This document shows positions 8,227 to 16,072 of a DNA stretch of 64,000 bases, in pieces. The stretch spans positions 1,844,315 to 1,908,314 of the forward strand of contig OZ241883.1 of the NCBI GenBank assembly GCA_965203445.1, read 5' to 3'. The first letter of the stretch is position 1. Each line of letters starts with the position of its first letter. This stretch comes from Candidatus Oxydemutator sp. (GTDB taxonomy: Bacteria > Pseudomonadota > Gammaproteobacteria > Poriferisulfidales > Oxydemutatoraceae). The position numbers and the translations under genes were made by a program. Below the pieces are notes generated by a model, which was given only the letters and a program-made list of their open reading frames with translations, was not told where the DNA came from and ran no database searches.

Positions 8227-9216
8227 TCAGTCGAGGCTGACCAGCCGGTGCAGCAGACGCAGGCCGTGGACGAGGTCGGCGCCGTCGCCGGCGTCCCCTT
8301 CGATTTGCTTGACAAAGCTTCTCGCGGATTGGATCAGCGGATCCTGCATCGTGATTTGTCTGTCCCCGGCGGCCAATGATAGCACGTAATTTTTCATCGC
8401 CACGCGCCGCTCGACGGCGTTGCCGTTGATCGCGTAGCCGGCGGCGCGCGGTTGGCGCGTGCTCTGCACAAGCGACAATCGCACGCGCGTCGTGCCCGCC
8501 TGGTGCCGATAGCCGAAGGCCGCCTCGGCGCGGCTTCGGGCGCCGTCGCCCCAGCGCAATTCCGGGTTCTCGACCTCGCCCGTCCCGAGCAGCGCCTGCA
8601 ACATGCTGACCAGGTGCGGCGCGCTGTCCAGGATCATGGTTTTGCCGCGGCTTGCCGGCGACAGGCGCATGTCGAACGACGTGATCCGCGCGGCGTCCTC
8701 GGGCCGCATGGGCAGCGGAGGCAACGGATGCAGTCGCCGGTAGCAGGCAAGCGTGAACGGCCACTGCAAGTTGACGCCGACGTGCAGCTTCGCCGCCGCC
8801 GCACTCTCCAGCAGGCGCGCCGCCTCGCGGGTGACGCCGGCGGCGTCTTCGGGTATTTCCGACAACGGCGGAAACCACAACGGCTTTTCACAGAAAACGT
8901 GGCAACCGGCGTCCAAACCCTGGCGCAGATACCGCAGGTGCGTATCGTGCGGGCTGGCTATGACCAGCACGTCCACGTTTTGTTCGCCCAACAATTCGGC
9001 GGGGTCGGTATAGCCCGCCGCCCGTATATGGTAGTCTTTTTGCAGCCTCCGCTGCGCCTGCGCGACGCTTGCGCGCGACGTGCCGACGATGCCGCAAACG
9101 TCGTGCCCCAGCCGCGCGAACGCCGCCGCGAGATAAGGCCCCGTTCCCTGGCGCACGCGCCGCGCGCCGACAATGGCGATTCGGTGTACCATGTATCGCA
9201 GGTTTAATGGTGGCAT
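8227..9216 (-). CDS. Gfo/Idh/MocA-family NAD(P)-dependent oxidoreductase
   Basis: Rossmann N-terminus 'HRIAIVGARRVRQGTG', and '...VDVLVIASPHDTHLRYLRQGLDAGCHVFCEKPL' is typical of the family. The start may instead be the internal ATG at 9192. Its stop lies 15 nt upstream of the radical SAM start. Confidence 0.8.
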   Translation of the reverse strand: MPPLNLRYMVHRIAIVGARRVRQGTGPYLAAAFARLGHDVCGIVGTSRASVAQAQRRLQKDYHIRAAGYTDPAELLGEQNVDVLVIASPHDTHLRYLRQGLDAGCHVFCEKPLWFPPLSEIPEDAAGVTREAARLLESAAAAKLHVGVNLQWPFTLACYRRLHPLPPLPMRPEDAARITSFDMRLSPASRGKTMILDSAPHLVSMLQALLGTGEVENPELRWGDGARSRAEAAFGYRHQAGTTRVRLSLVQSTRQPRAAGYAINGNAVERRVAMKNYVLSLAAGDRQITMQDPLIQSARSFVKQIEGDAGDGADLVHGLRLLHRLVSLD

Positions 9217-9310
9217 ATAAGCACGTGCGACAACGACCCTTCACCCGTGACGAGGCGTTCGGGTCGTGTTTTCGCACGGCTTTTCCATCCCATGGACGTC
9301 AGGAATGCGA

Positions 9311-9517
9311 ATGAGTATAAATGTAAAGGGTCAAGTCCAGAAATTCCTCTGGAAATTCGGCTACGACGTCGTCAAAGACGAGTGGACGTTCCATGAAATA
9401 CACACGTTCATGAACGAAAAATCCTATAGCCTGGTGGCAATCGTGAACGTGTTCGACGACGAAGAGACCGGCCAGATACTGCAAGTGGACGGCATTTTTC
9501 ACCGCTTCCACGCGTGA
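9311..9517 (+). CDS. small hypothetical protein (68 aa)
   Basis: Lower-GC ORF reading MSINVKGQVQKFLWKFGYDVVKDEWTFHEI...ILQVDGIFHRFHA. AGGA lies 7 nt upstream of the ATG at 9311. Its stop is 9 nt before the next gene. The ORF-track start at 9266 is an alternative. Confidence 0.35.
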   Translation: MSINVKGQVQKFLWKFGYDVVKDEWTFHEIHTFMNEKSYSLVAIVNVFDDEETGQILQVDGIFHRFHA

Positions 9518-9526
9518 CGCCGCCGT

Positions 9527-10210
9527 ATGAAAATTCCCTCCGTGCCTATAGTGACGGCCTGGCGCCGGAGAAAGCGCACCGGCGAGGTTCCGCCGCCGCC
9601 GTTGCCCGATGGAGTGGAGGCTAGCGGCTACATCGCCGAGGGTTCGCGTTCGCACGTCTATGAAGGCCGCTACCGCGGCGAGCACGCGGTCATCAAGGTC
9701 TATAAGCCGTACCAGATCGCCAGATACCGCAGGCGCTACCGCGTCCATATCGCGCAATTCGAGTACGAGCGCAATCTGGCGTTTTATTCGATTGCCGCGT
9801 TGAGGCGCCACGTCTCGATGCCACTGGCGTACGCCCCCGGCGACGGCGCCGGCGAGGCCGCTTTTCTGGTGCAGCGCTTCGCCAGCCGCCTGACGGTCTG
9901 GCAGGCGCTGCAAGACAAGCACGAGGGCATCACGCTTGCGCAGGTCGTCGCCTTCGTCGAGTTTGTCATCGGCGAGGCCGCGGCGCACGGCCTGCATGAT
10001 CTCGACTTGCACTCGAAAAACACCGTGCTGGCCAAGGACGAACGCGGCTGGAAGCCGGTGATCGTGGATTTCAACCGGATGCCGCAATACCGGCACCCGC
10101 CCAACCCGTGGATGGCCGCCGCCTTCCGCCTCGGCCTGCGCGACAAGGCGCACCGCGACCGCCGCAACATCCGCGCCCACCGCAACCTGCTTGCCCGCGG
10201 CGGGATATAA
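9527..10210 (+). CDS. protein kinase-like fold protein (Kdo/WaaP / RIO-like)
   Basis: 227 aa. 'HAVIKVYK' is a VAIK-like Lys motif. 'HGLHDLDLHSKNTVL' fits the HxDLxxxN catalytic loop. 'VIVDFN' is DFG-like. Confidence 0.65.
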   Translation: MKIPSVPIVTAWRRRKRTGEVPPPPLPDGVEASGYIAEGSRSHVYEGRYRGEHAVIKVYKPYQIARYRRRYRVHIAQFEYERNLAFYSIAALRRHVSMPLAYAPGDGAGEAAFLVQRFASRLTVWQALQDKHEGITLAQVVAFVEFVIGEAAAHGLHDLDLHSKNTVLAKDERGWKPVIVDFNRMPQYRHPPNPWMAAAFRLGLRDKAHRDRRNIRAHRNLLARGGI

Positions 10211-10228
10211 TAGGCGCGGAGCCGACCT

Positions 10229-10579
10229 ATGGAACAAGAAAAAGACGAAACGGTGATCAACTGGGAAGTGTGCCACTATCAGAACGAGCAGTTGCACGAA
10301 CTTTCCCTCAAATACCGCGACGACAAAAACTATCGCGACAAGGCGAAGAACGATTCCGGCGCATTGCTGAAGTCGTTGGGCGTGGTGCTGCCGGAGGGGA
10401 TAGACGCGCGGTTTATCGTCAACACCAACAAGACCTGGTATTTCGTGATGCCGCGAAGGCCGAGGACGAGGACGCACGTGCACCGCCGCGGCAAAACCGC
10501 CGGCGTCGGCGACGTGGACCTGATCAACGCCGCAAGTTTTTTCGCTTCGCTGGCGTCGGTTCGCGGCCGCGCGCGGTGA
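10229..10579 (+). CDS. NHLP (nitrile-hydratase-like leader peptide)-type domain protein; possible RiPP precursor or remnant
   Basis: '...NDSGALLKSLGVVLPEGIDARFIVNTNKTWYFVMPRRP' matches the remembered NHLP leader pattern (...P.a.l.e.G..lPegvevkvveet..tlylVLP..P). The codons after ~10450 switch to GC-rich, Arg-rich sequence. Confidence 0.45.
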   Translation: MEQEKDETVINWEVCHYQNEQLHELSLKYRDDKNYRDKAKNDSGALLKSLGVVLPEGIDARFIVNTNKTWYFVMPRRPRTRTHVHRRGKTAGVGDVDLINAASFFASLASVRGRAR

Positions 10580-10594
10580 GCAACGCCGCCGGCG

Positions 10595-11029
10595 CTACCG
10601 CCACGCCGGTCCGATCACGACCAGCAGCACGATTGCGATCAGGGCCGCGGTCGGCACCTCGTTGAACCAGCGATACCAGACGTGGCCGTGCCGGTTGGCG
10701 TCGCGCGCGAATGCCGCCACCAGCAGACCGCACCACACGTGGTAGCCCGCCAGCAGCGCGACCAGCGCGAGTTTCGCGTGCATCCATCCGGCGTCGGCGT
10801 ACGAGGCCGGGCTCAGCGCGTAGGCACCGGCGCCAAAGACGACGGTCAGCACGCCGCCCGGCGTCATGATGCCCCAGAACAGCTTGCGCTCCATGATCTT
10901 GAAACGTTCGATGCCGGCGGCGTCCGCGGCCGTCGCGTGATAGACGAACAGCCGCGGCAGGTAGAACAGCCCGGCGAACCAGGTGACCATGAAGATCAGA
11001 TGCAGTGCCTTGAACCAGTAGAATGCCAT
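10595..11029 (-). CDS. hemJ: protoporphyrinogen oxidase HemJ (UPF0093/CopD-like)
   Basis: 144 aa. 'MAFYWFKALHLIFMVTWFAGLFYLPRLFVYH' is the characteristic HemJ N-terminus. Confidence 0.85.
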   Translation of the reverse strand: MAFYWFKALHLIFMVTWFAGLFYLPRLFVYHATAADAAGIERFKIMERKLFWGIMTPGGVLTVVFGAGAYALSPASYADAGWMHAKLALVALLAGYHVWCGLLVAAFARDANRHGHVWYRWFNEVPTAALIAIVLLVVIGPAWR

Positions 11030-11157
11030 GTTCGCAAAACGTCGGAAACGGGGAAATCATACCAGAACCGGGTACAATCGGCGGTTGCAATCCATCGCAG
11101 ATTGCGTTGTCGGGGCGCGCTTCCGCGTCACGCCAAGTCGCCGACTTGAACGCTGAC

Positions 11158-12192
11158 ATGATACGCGCGGCAGTTATCGGGGGCGCCGGTTACACCGGCC
11201 TGGAGTTGGTGCGCCTGCTGCTGGGTCATCCGCAGGTCGCGCTGGCGTGCGTCGTCTCGCGCAGTCGCGCGGGGGAGGCGCTCGCGTCGGAGTTTCCGGC
11301 GTCGCGCCGTCGCCTCGCGCTGCGCTACAGCGCGAGTCTCGAGGCCGCGACCAAGTCCGAACTCGACGTCGTCTTTTTTGCGACGCCCAACGGCGTGGCG
11401 ATGAAGCAGGTGCCGGAGTTGCTGTCGGCGGGCGTGCGCGTGATTGACTTGGCCGCCGATTTTCGCTTGTCCGACGCCGCCGAATGGCGACGCTGGTACG
11501 GCTGCGAGCACGCCTGTCCCGGCTTGCTGGCGGACGCGGTCTATGGGTTGCCGGAGTTGCACAGAGACGCGATCCGGGGCGCCCGTCTGGTGGCCAATCC
11601 GGGCTGCTACCCGACCTCGGTAATCCTCGGTTTCAAGCCGGTGCTGGAGGCGCAAGGCGCCGACGTCTCGTGCCTGATAGCCGATTCGAAGTCCGGCATA
11701 AGCGGCGCCGGGCGGCGCCCCCAGAGCGGCCTGCTGTTCGGCGAATGCAGCGAGAACTTCAAGGCCTACAAGGCGTCCGCACATCGCCACTGGCCCGAGA
11801 TCAAACGGCATCTCGACGCGCTCGCGGGCATTCCGACCGGTCTCAGCTTCACGCCGCACCTGCTGCCGATCGTGCGCGGCATTCATTCGACGCTGTATTT
11901 TCGCACCTCGTCGCCGCCGGCGGAGTTGCAGGAACGTTTCGAGCGGGCGTACGCAAACGAACCTTTTGTCGAGGTGCTGCCCGCCGCCAGCCACCCGCAG
12001 ACGCGCTGGGTGCGCGGCAGCAACACGTGCCTGATGGCGGTGCACAAGCCGCCGACGGCGGACGTGGCCAAAGTCCTGGTCGTCATTGACAACCTGGTCA
12101 AGGGCGCCGCCGGTCAGGCGGTGCAGAACATGAACCTGATGTTCGGTCTCGACGAGGGGCTTGGTTTGCGCGGCTGGTTCCCGGTGTTTTGA
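11158..12192 (+). CDS. argC: N-acetyl-gamma-glutamyl-phosphate reductase
   Basis: From the internal ATG it reads 'MIRAAVIGGAGYTGLELVRLL'. The active-site region 'LVANPGCYPTSVILG' is present. 344 aa. Confidence 0.9.
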   Translation: MIRAAVIGGAGYTGLELVRLLLGHPQVALACVVSRSRAGEALASEFPASRRRLALRYSASLEAATKSELDVVFFATPNGVAMKQVPELLSAGVRVIDLAADFRLSDAAEWRRWYGCEHACPGLLADAVYGLPELHRDAIRGARLVANPGCYPTSVILGFKPVLEAQGADVSCLIADSKSGISGAGRRPQSGLLFGECSENFKAYKASAHRHWPEIKRHLDALAGIPTGLSFTPHLLPIVRGIHSTLYFRTSSPPAELQERFERAYANEPFVEVLPAASHPQTRWVRGSNTCLMAVHKPPTADVAKVLVVIDNLVKGAAGQAVQNMNLMFGLDEGLGLRGWFPVF

Positions 12193-12195
12193 GCG

Positions 12196-12933
12196 ATGCC
12201 GTTGCGACGTTTTTTCCCGTGGCTCACGTTTCGCTTTCAGCTGTTGCTGATCAATCTGGGCGGGCGCTCCTACGGCAAGACGCTGCTCGCGGCCCTGGTC
12301 GTACTGTTCTGGTCGGCCGCGTTTTACTACCTGGGCCACGTCGTCGAGCACAATCGCTTCGACGAGGCGTTCGCGGAGTTGGCGCTGGTGGAGGGTTTCG
12401 AGGACGTGCTCGAGGGGGAGGGCACGGCGCTGAAGCTGCATGCGATCAAAACCCAGGCAAACCTGCTGCGTGAGACCGCTCGCCAGATGCGCGGCGAGCT
12501 GGTCCGGAAGGAGCGCGACTTGGCCGAGGCCAGGGAGCAGCTCTATTTTTACCGCAGGGTCATCGCCCCCGAGGAGCTGCCGAAAGGCGTCTCGATTCTA
12601 TCGGCGCAACTGGAGCAATCGGCGGACGACGGGCATTTTCCGTTTGAGCTGGTTCTGCGCGCGAGCGGCGCCAACGGTGAGACGAGCAAAGGCAGCGTCC
12701 GGCTGCGCATGACCGGCACCATGGGCGGCGTCGAGCAACGGCTGCCGATGGACACTTTTTATCAGGGCGATGACCGCTTCGCGTTCAAGTATTTTCAGCG
12801 CCTGAAGGGACGGATTGCCGTGCCTGGCGGCTTTGCGCCGGCCAGCGTCGAGGTCAGCGTGCGGGCGGCGCGGTTCGATCCGGTGTCGCGCTCGTTCGCG
12901 TGGCACAGCCTGCTGAGTTCGCCAGACGGGTAA
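12196..12933 (+). CDS. membrane-anchored hypothetical protein (coiled-coil; DUF6776-like, from memory)
   Basis: 245-aa ORF starting 3 nt after the argC stop. It has an N-terminal TM segment ([19 protein letters not shown]) followed by a coiled-coil. Confidence 0.55.
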   Translation: MPLRRFFPWLTFRFQLLLINLGGRSYGKTLLAALVVLFWSAAFYYLGHVVEHNRFDEAFAELALVEGFEDVLEGEGTALKLHAIKTQANLLRETARQMRGELVRKERDLAEAREQLYFYRRVIAPEELPKGVSILSAQLEQSADDGHFPFELVLRASGANGETSKGSVRLRMTGTMGGVEQRLPMDTFYQGDDRFAFKYFQRLKGRIAVPGGFAPASVEVSVRAARFDPVSRSFAWHSLLSSPDG

Positions 12934-12952
12934 GAACGGCACATATGCTATC

Positions 12953-13036
12953 GGCCCTCACCCCAACCCTTTCCTAAGGGGGAGAGGGTTACATTACGGG
13001 TTTGCGGACAACTTCTCCCTCTGGGAGAAAGGGTGT
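12953..13036. repeat. GC-rich palindromic REP-like element, copy 3 (degenerate)
   Basis: ggccctcaccccaaccctttcctaagggggagaggg ... ttctccctctggGagaaaggg. These are the same motifs as copies 1 and 2, in an intergenic position upstream of erpA. Confidence 0.6.
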
Positions 13037-13072
13037 ACGGCCTATGTTATACTAAGTGGAAGGAGCGATGCC

Positions 13073-13414
13073 ATGAGTGAAATGCAAGCCCTGATTTTTA
13101 CCGAGGCCGCGGCGGCCAAGGTCAAGTCGCTGATCGAGGAGGAGGACAACGCCAACCTCAAGTTGCGGGTTTTCGTCTCCGGCGGCGGCTGCGCCGGCTT
13201 CCAGTACGGTTTCACCTTCGACGAGAACGCCCAGGAGGGCGACGCCCGGGTGGAGAAAGGCGGCGTCACGCTGCTGGTGGATCCGATGAGCCACCAGTAC
13301 CTGATGGGCGCCGAGATAGACTACACCGAGGGTCTCGAAGGCGCGCAGTTTGTGATTCGCAACCCGAACGCGACCACCACCTGCGGCTGCGGCTCTTCTT
13401 TTTCCCCCGCCTGA
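13073..13414 (+). CDS. erpA: iron-sulfur cluster insertion protein ErpA
   Basis: 113 aa with '[21 protein letters not shown]' and the C-terminal 'CGCGSSF' motif. Confidence 0.9.
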   Translation: MSEMQALIFTEAAAAKVKSLIEEEDNANLKLRVFVSGGGCAGFQYGFTFDENAQEGDARVEKGGVTLLVDPMSHQYLMGAEIDYTEGLEGAQFVIRNPNATTTCGCGSSFSPA

Positions 13415-13442
13415 GGACTCGCGCGGGGCGCGACATATCCGC

Positions 13443-14531
13443 CTACGCCGGCGGCAGATAGACGGCGCCCAACACCGCCGCGCGTCCGGCGCCGGTCGCC
13501 TCGGGGACGACGCCGCTGGCGCCGGCCACGCGCATGCTCGCAAGCCACGCGAACGCGAGCGCCTCGACGTAGTCGGGATCAAACCCCTCGGTCTGCGTGT
13601 CGCGCACGTCCAGATCGCCGAGCGCGGCGAGCCTTTGCATCAGGTGGCGGTTGTGCGCGCCGCCGCCGCATACCAGCAGCGTGCGCGCGCTGGCGGCGTG
13701 GCGCTGTAGCGCGCCGACAATTGCCGCCGCGCTCCATTCGGCCAGCGTCGCCTGCACCGCGGCCGCCTCGATACCGCGCGGCAGACGCTCCTCGAGCCAG
13801 CCGATGGAAAGCTGGCTGGTGCACAGACTCTTCGGCGGCGCCAACGCCAGGAACGGATGCTCGAGCAACGTCTTAAGCAGCCCGCGGTCGACCTCGGCGC
13901 TGGCCGCCCAGCGGCCCTCGTCGTCGAACGCCCGCCCGTTGTGCCGCAGAATCCATGCGTCCATCAGGCAGTTGCCGGGGCCGGTGTCGAAGCCCAGCAC
14001 GCCGTCGCCGTCGAACACCGTCAGGTTGGCGATGCCGCCGACGTTGACGACCGCCGCGTGTTCCATCCGCCCGAACAGCTTTTTGTGGAAGGCCGGCGTC
14101 AGCGGTGCCCCCTGGCCGCCGAGGGCCACGTCGGCGCGCCGGAAATCGGCGACGGTCGCGAGGCCGCTTCTGGCGGCGACGACGTTGGGGTCGCCGAGCT
14201 GCATCGTGAAGGGGCGGTCGCCGTGCGGTCGGTGCAACAGTGTCTGCCCGTGCAGGCCGACGGCGGCGACGTCTTTGGCGGCCAGGTGTTCGCGCGCCAG
14301 CAGATCGAGCACCGCGTCGGCGAACAGGTGCCCGAGTTCGCAGTCGAGCCGCGCCAGTTCCGCAACCGGCGCGGGCGCGATTTGCAGGCGCGCGACGCGC
14401 CGCGCGATTTCCCGGTCTATCGGATAATTTGCACGGGCGACCTGCGCGACGCCGTTGCCGAAGTCCGCGGCCGCCACGTCCACCGCATCCAGGCTGGTGC
14501 CGGACGACACCCCCAGATAGATGGCCGCCAT
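13443..14531 (-). CDS. anmK: anhydro-N-acetylmuramic acid kinase
   Basis: 362 aa with the N-terminus 'YLGVSSGTSLDAVDVAA' and 'NVGGIANLT...DTGPGNCLMD'. Confidence 0.9.
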   Translation of the reverse strand: MAAIYLGVSSGTSLDAVDVAAADFGNGVAQVARANYPIDREIARRVARLQIAPAPVAELARLDCELGHLFADAVLDLLAREHLAAKDVAAVGLHGQTLLHRPHGDRPFTMQLGDPNVVAARSGLATVADFRRADVALGGQGAPLTPAFHKKLFGRMEHAAVVNVGGIANLTVFDGDGVLGFDTGPGNCLMDAWILRHNGRAFDDEGRWAASAEVDRGLLKTLLEHPFLALAPPKSLCTSQLSIGWLEERLPRGIEAAAVQATLAEWSAAAIVGALQRHAASARTLLVCGGGAHNRHLMQRLAALGDLDVRDTQTEGFDPDYVEALAFAWLASMRVAGASGVVPEATGAGRAAVLGAVYLPPA

Positions 14532-14534
14532 CGG

Positions 14535-15977
14535 TCAGCGCGCGCCCGGCTGGTCCAGCGATGCGACGTAGGCGTTGTTGATGCGTTCGAGCCTGGCAAG
14601 CACCGCGCGCGTGGCCTTGCGGAAATGAGCCATCTTCGCTTTCGGCAGCGGGCGCGAATCGGGAAGCTTGACCGTGATCGGGTTCTTGTGGACGCCGCCG
14701 ACGCGGAACTCGTAATGCAGATGCGGGCCGGTCGAAAGCCCGGTCGACCCGACGTATCCGATGACCTGCTTCTGCCTCACGTAAGAGCCGGTTTTCTGGC
14801 CGCGCGCGTAGCGCGAGAGGTGCGCGTAGAGCGTGCTGTAGTTGCGGTGATGGCGAATGACGACGGTCTTGCCGTAGCCGCCCTTGCGCGCGCGATGGAT
14901 AATCCTGCCGTCGCCGGTGGCGTGCACCGGCGTGCCGCGCTTGGCCGCGTAGTCCACGCCTTTGTGCGCGCGGATCGTATGCAGCACCGGATGCCTGCGC
15001 CGCGGGTTGAAGTGCGAGCTGATGCGTGAGAACGCAAGCGGACTGCGCAGAAACGGTTTTTTCATTTTGCGCCCGCTGGCCGAGTAGTAGTCGGTAGCGC
15101 CGGCGTCGTCGGTGTAGCGCACGACGCGGTACGTCTTATTGCGGTTCAAAAACTCGATCGCGACGACGTGGTTGTCCTTCCATTTTTCGCCGTTGACGTG
15201 GCTCTCCTCGTAGAGCACGGTGAAGCGGTCGTCCTTGCGTATGCCATAGACAAAGTCAACGTCCCAGCCGAGGATGTTAGCCATCTCGACGATGATCTTG
15301 TCCGACAGGCCGCTTTTTTTGCCGGCAAGGTAGAGCGAATCGTTGATTGCGGCGGACGCGAAAGCCTCGCGCTTCTCCACTTCGGTCACGTGCCTGGCGA
15401 GGCGGTAGCCGCCGTCTTCGCGCCGCGATACAGTGACGCGCTCGACCGTCGTCGGGCGATACGTCAGCCGCACCAGCGTATCGTCGCGCACCTCCAGTTC
15501 CAGCGGGCGCCCCGGCAATAGACGCGCCAGGACTTTTCTTTCCTTCTCGTCGAGTGCCAGCAGATGGCGCATCACCGACGGCAGTTTGTAGCGGCCGAGT
15601 ATGCCGGAGAGCGTGTCGCCGCGCTGAATCTCGTAGCGGTGTACGATTGTTTCGTTGTCGCGCGCCTCGGCGGGCGGCGGATTCGCCAGCGCCAGCGCGT
15701 GTGGCGGGAACAGCGGTTGCGGCCGCGCCGGCGGCGCGCCGCCGGCGTTTCCGGCGGCCGCGGTTGCGGCGACGGGAGCCGCGACCGCTGGTTCGGCGGC
15801 CCTGGCTTGGCCTTCGCTTGGCGGCAGTTGCGTCGCGTGCGTCGAGATCAGAAAGGCGACGACGCCGGCCAGCAGCACCGCGCTGGAGGCAAAACGCAGG
15901 CGCCCGCCACGCCTGCCGTGCGCCTCGAAACGGCGCTTATAAACGCTTTGGCGCGGCCCCGGCTTGTTTTCGATCAT
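14535..15977 (-). CDS. M23-family peptidoglycan DD-metalloendopeptidase (MepM/YebA-like, with a LysM/OapA-like segment)
   Basis: 480 aa. 'YEIQRGDTLSGILGRY' is LysM-like. 'HKGVDYAAKRGTPVHATGDGRI' and 'GSTGLSTGPHLHYEF' are the M23 motifs. Confidence 0.85.
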   Translation of the reverse strand: MIENKPGPRQSVYKRRFEAHGRRGGRLRFASSAVLLAGVVAFLISTHATQLPPSEGQARAAEPAVAAPVAATAAAGNAGGAPPARPQPLFPPHALALANPPPAEARDNETIVHRYEIQRGDTLSGILGRYKLPSVMRHLLALDEKERKVLARLLPGRPLELEVRDDTLVRLTYRPTTVERVTVSRREDGGYRLARHVTEVEKREAFASAAINDSLYLAGKKSGLSDKIIVEMANILGWDVDFVYGIRKDDRFTVLYEESHVNGEKWKDNHVVAIEFLNRNKTYRVVRYTDDAGATDYYSASGRKMKKPFLRSPLAFSRISSHFNPRRRHPVLHTIRAHKGVDYAAKRGTPVHATGDGRIIHRARKGGYGKTVVIRHHRNYSTLYAHLSRYARGQKTGSYVRQKQVIGYVGSTGLSTGPHLHYEFRVGGVHKNPITVKLPDSRPLPKAKMAHFRKATRAVLARLERINNAYVASLDQPGAR

Positions 15978-16072
15978 GGACGGACAAGAGAATTGTTTGA
16001 ATTAACAAGCGGCTAAAGATACCCTTAATCATTGGTTTGTCAATCTGTGGCGGCAAACCCCGAACAAAGCGG

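Noticed and set aside
9299-10483. 394-aa minus-strand ORF opposite the small ORF / kinase / NHLP-like genes
   Set aside because: The plus-strand frame carries the kinase catalytic motifs and the NHLP-like pattern. The minus-strand product has no motifs, and it spans both lower-GC and high-GC DNA without respecting the gene junctions.
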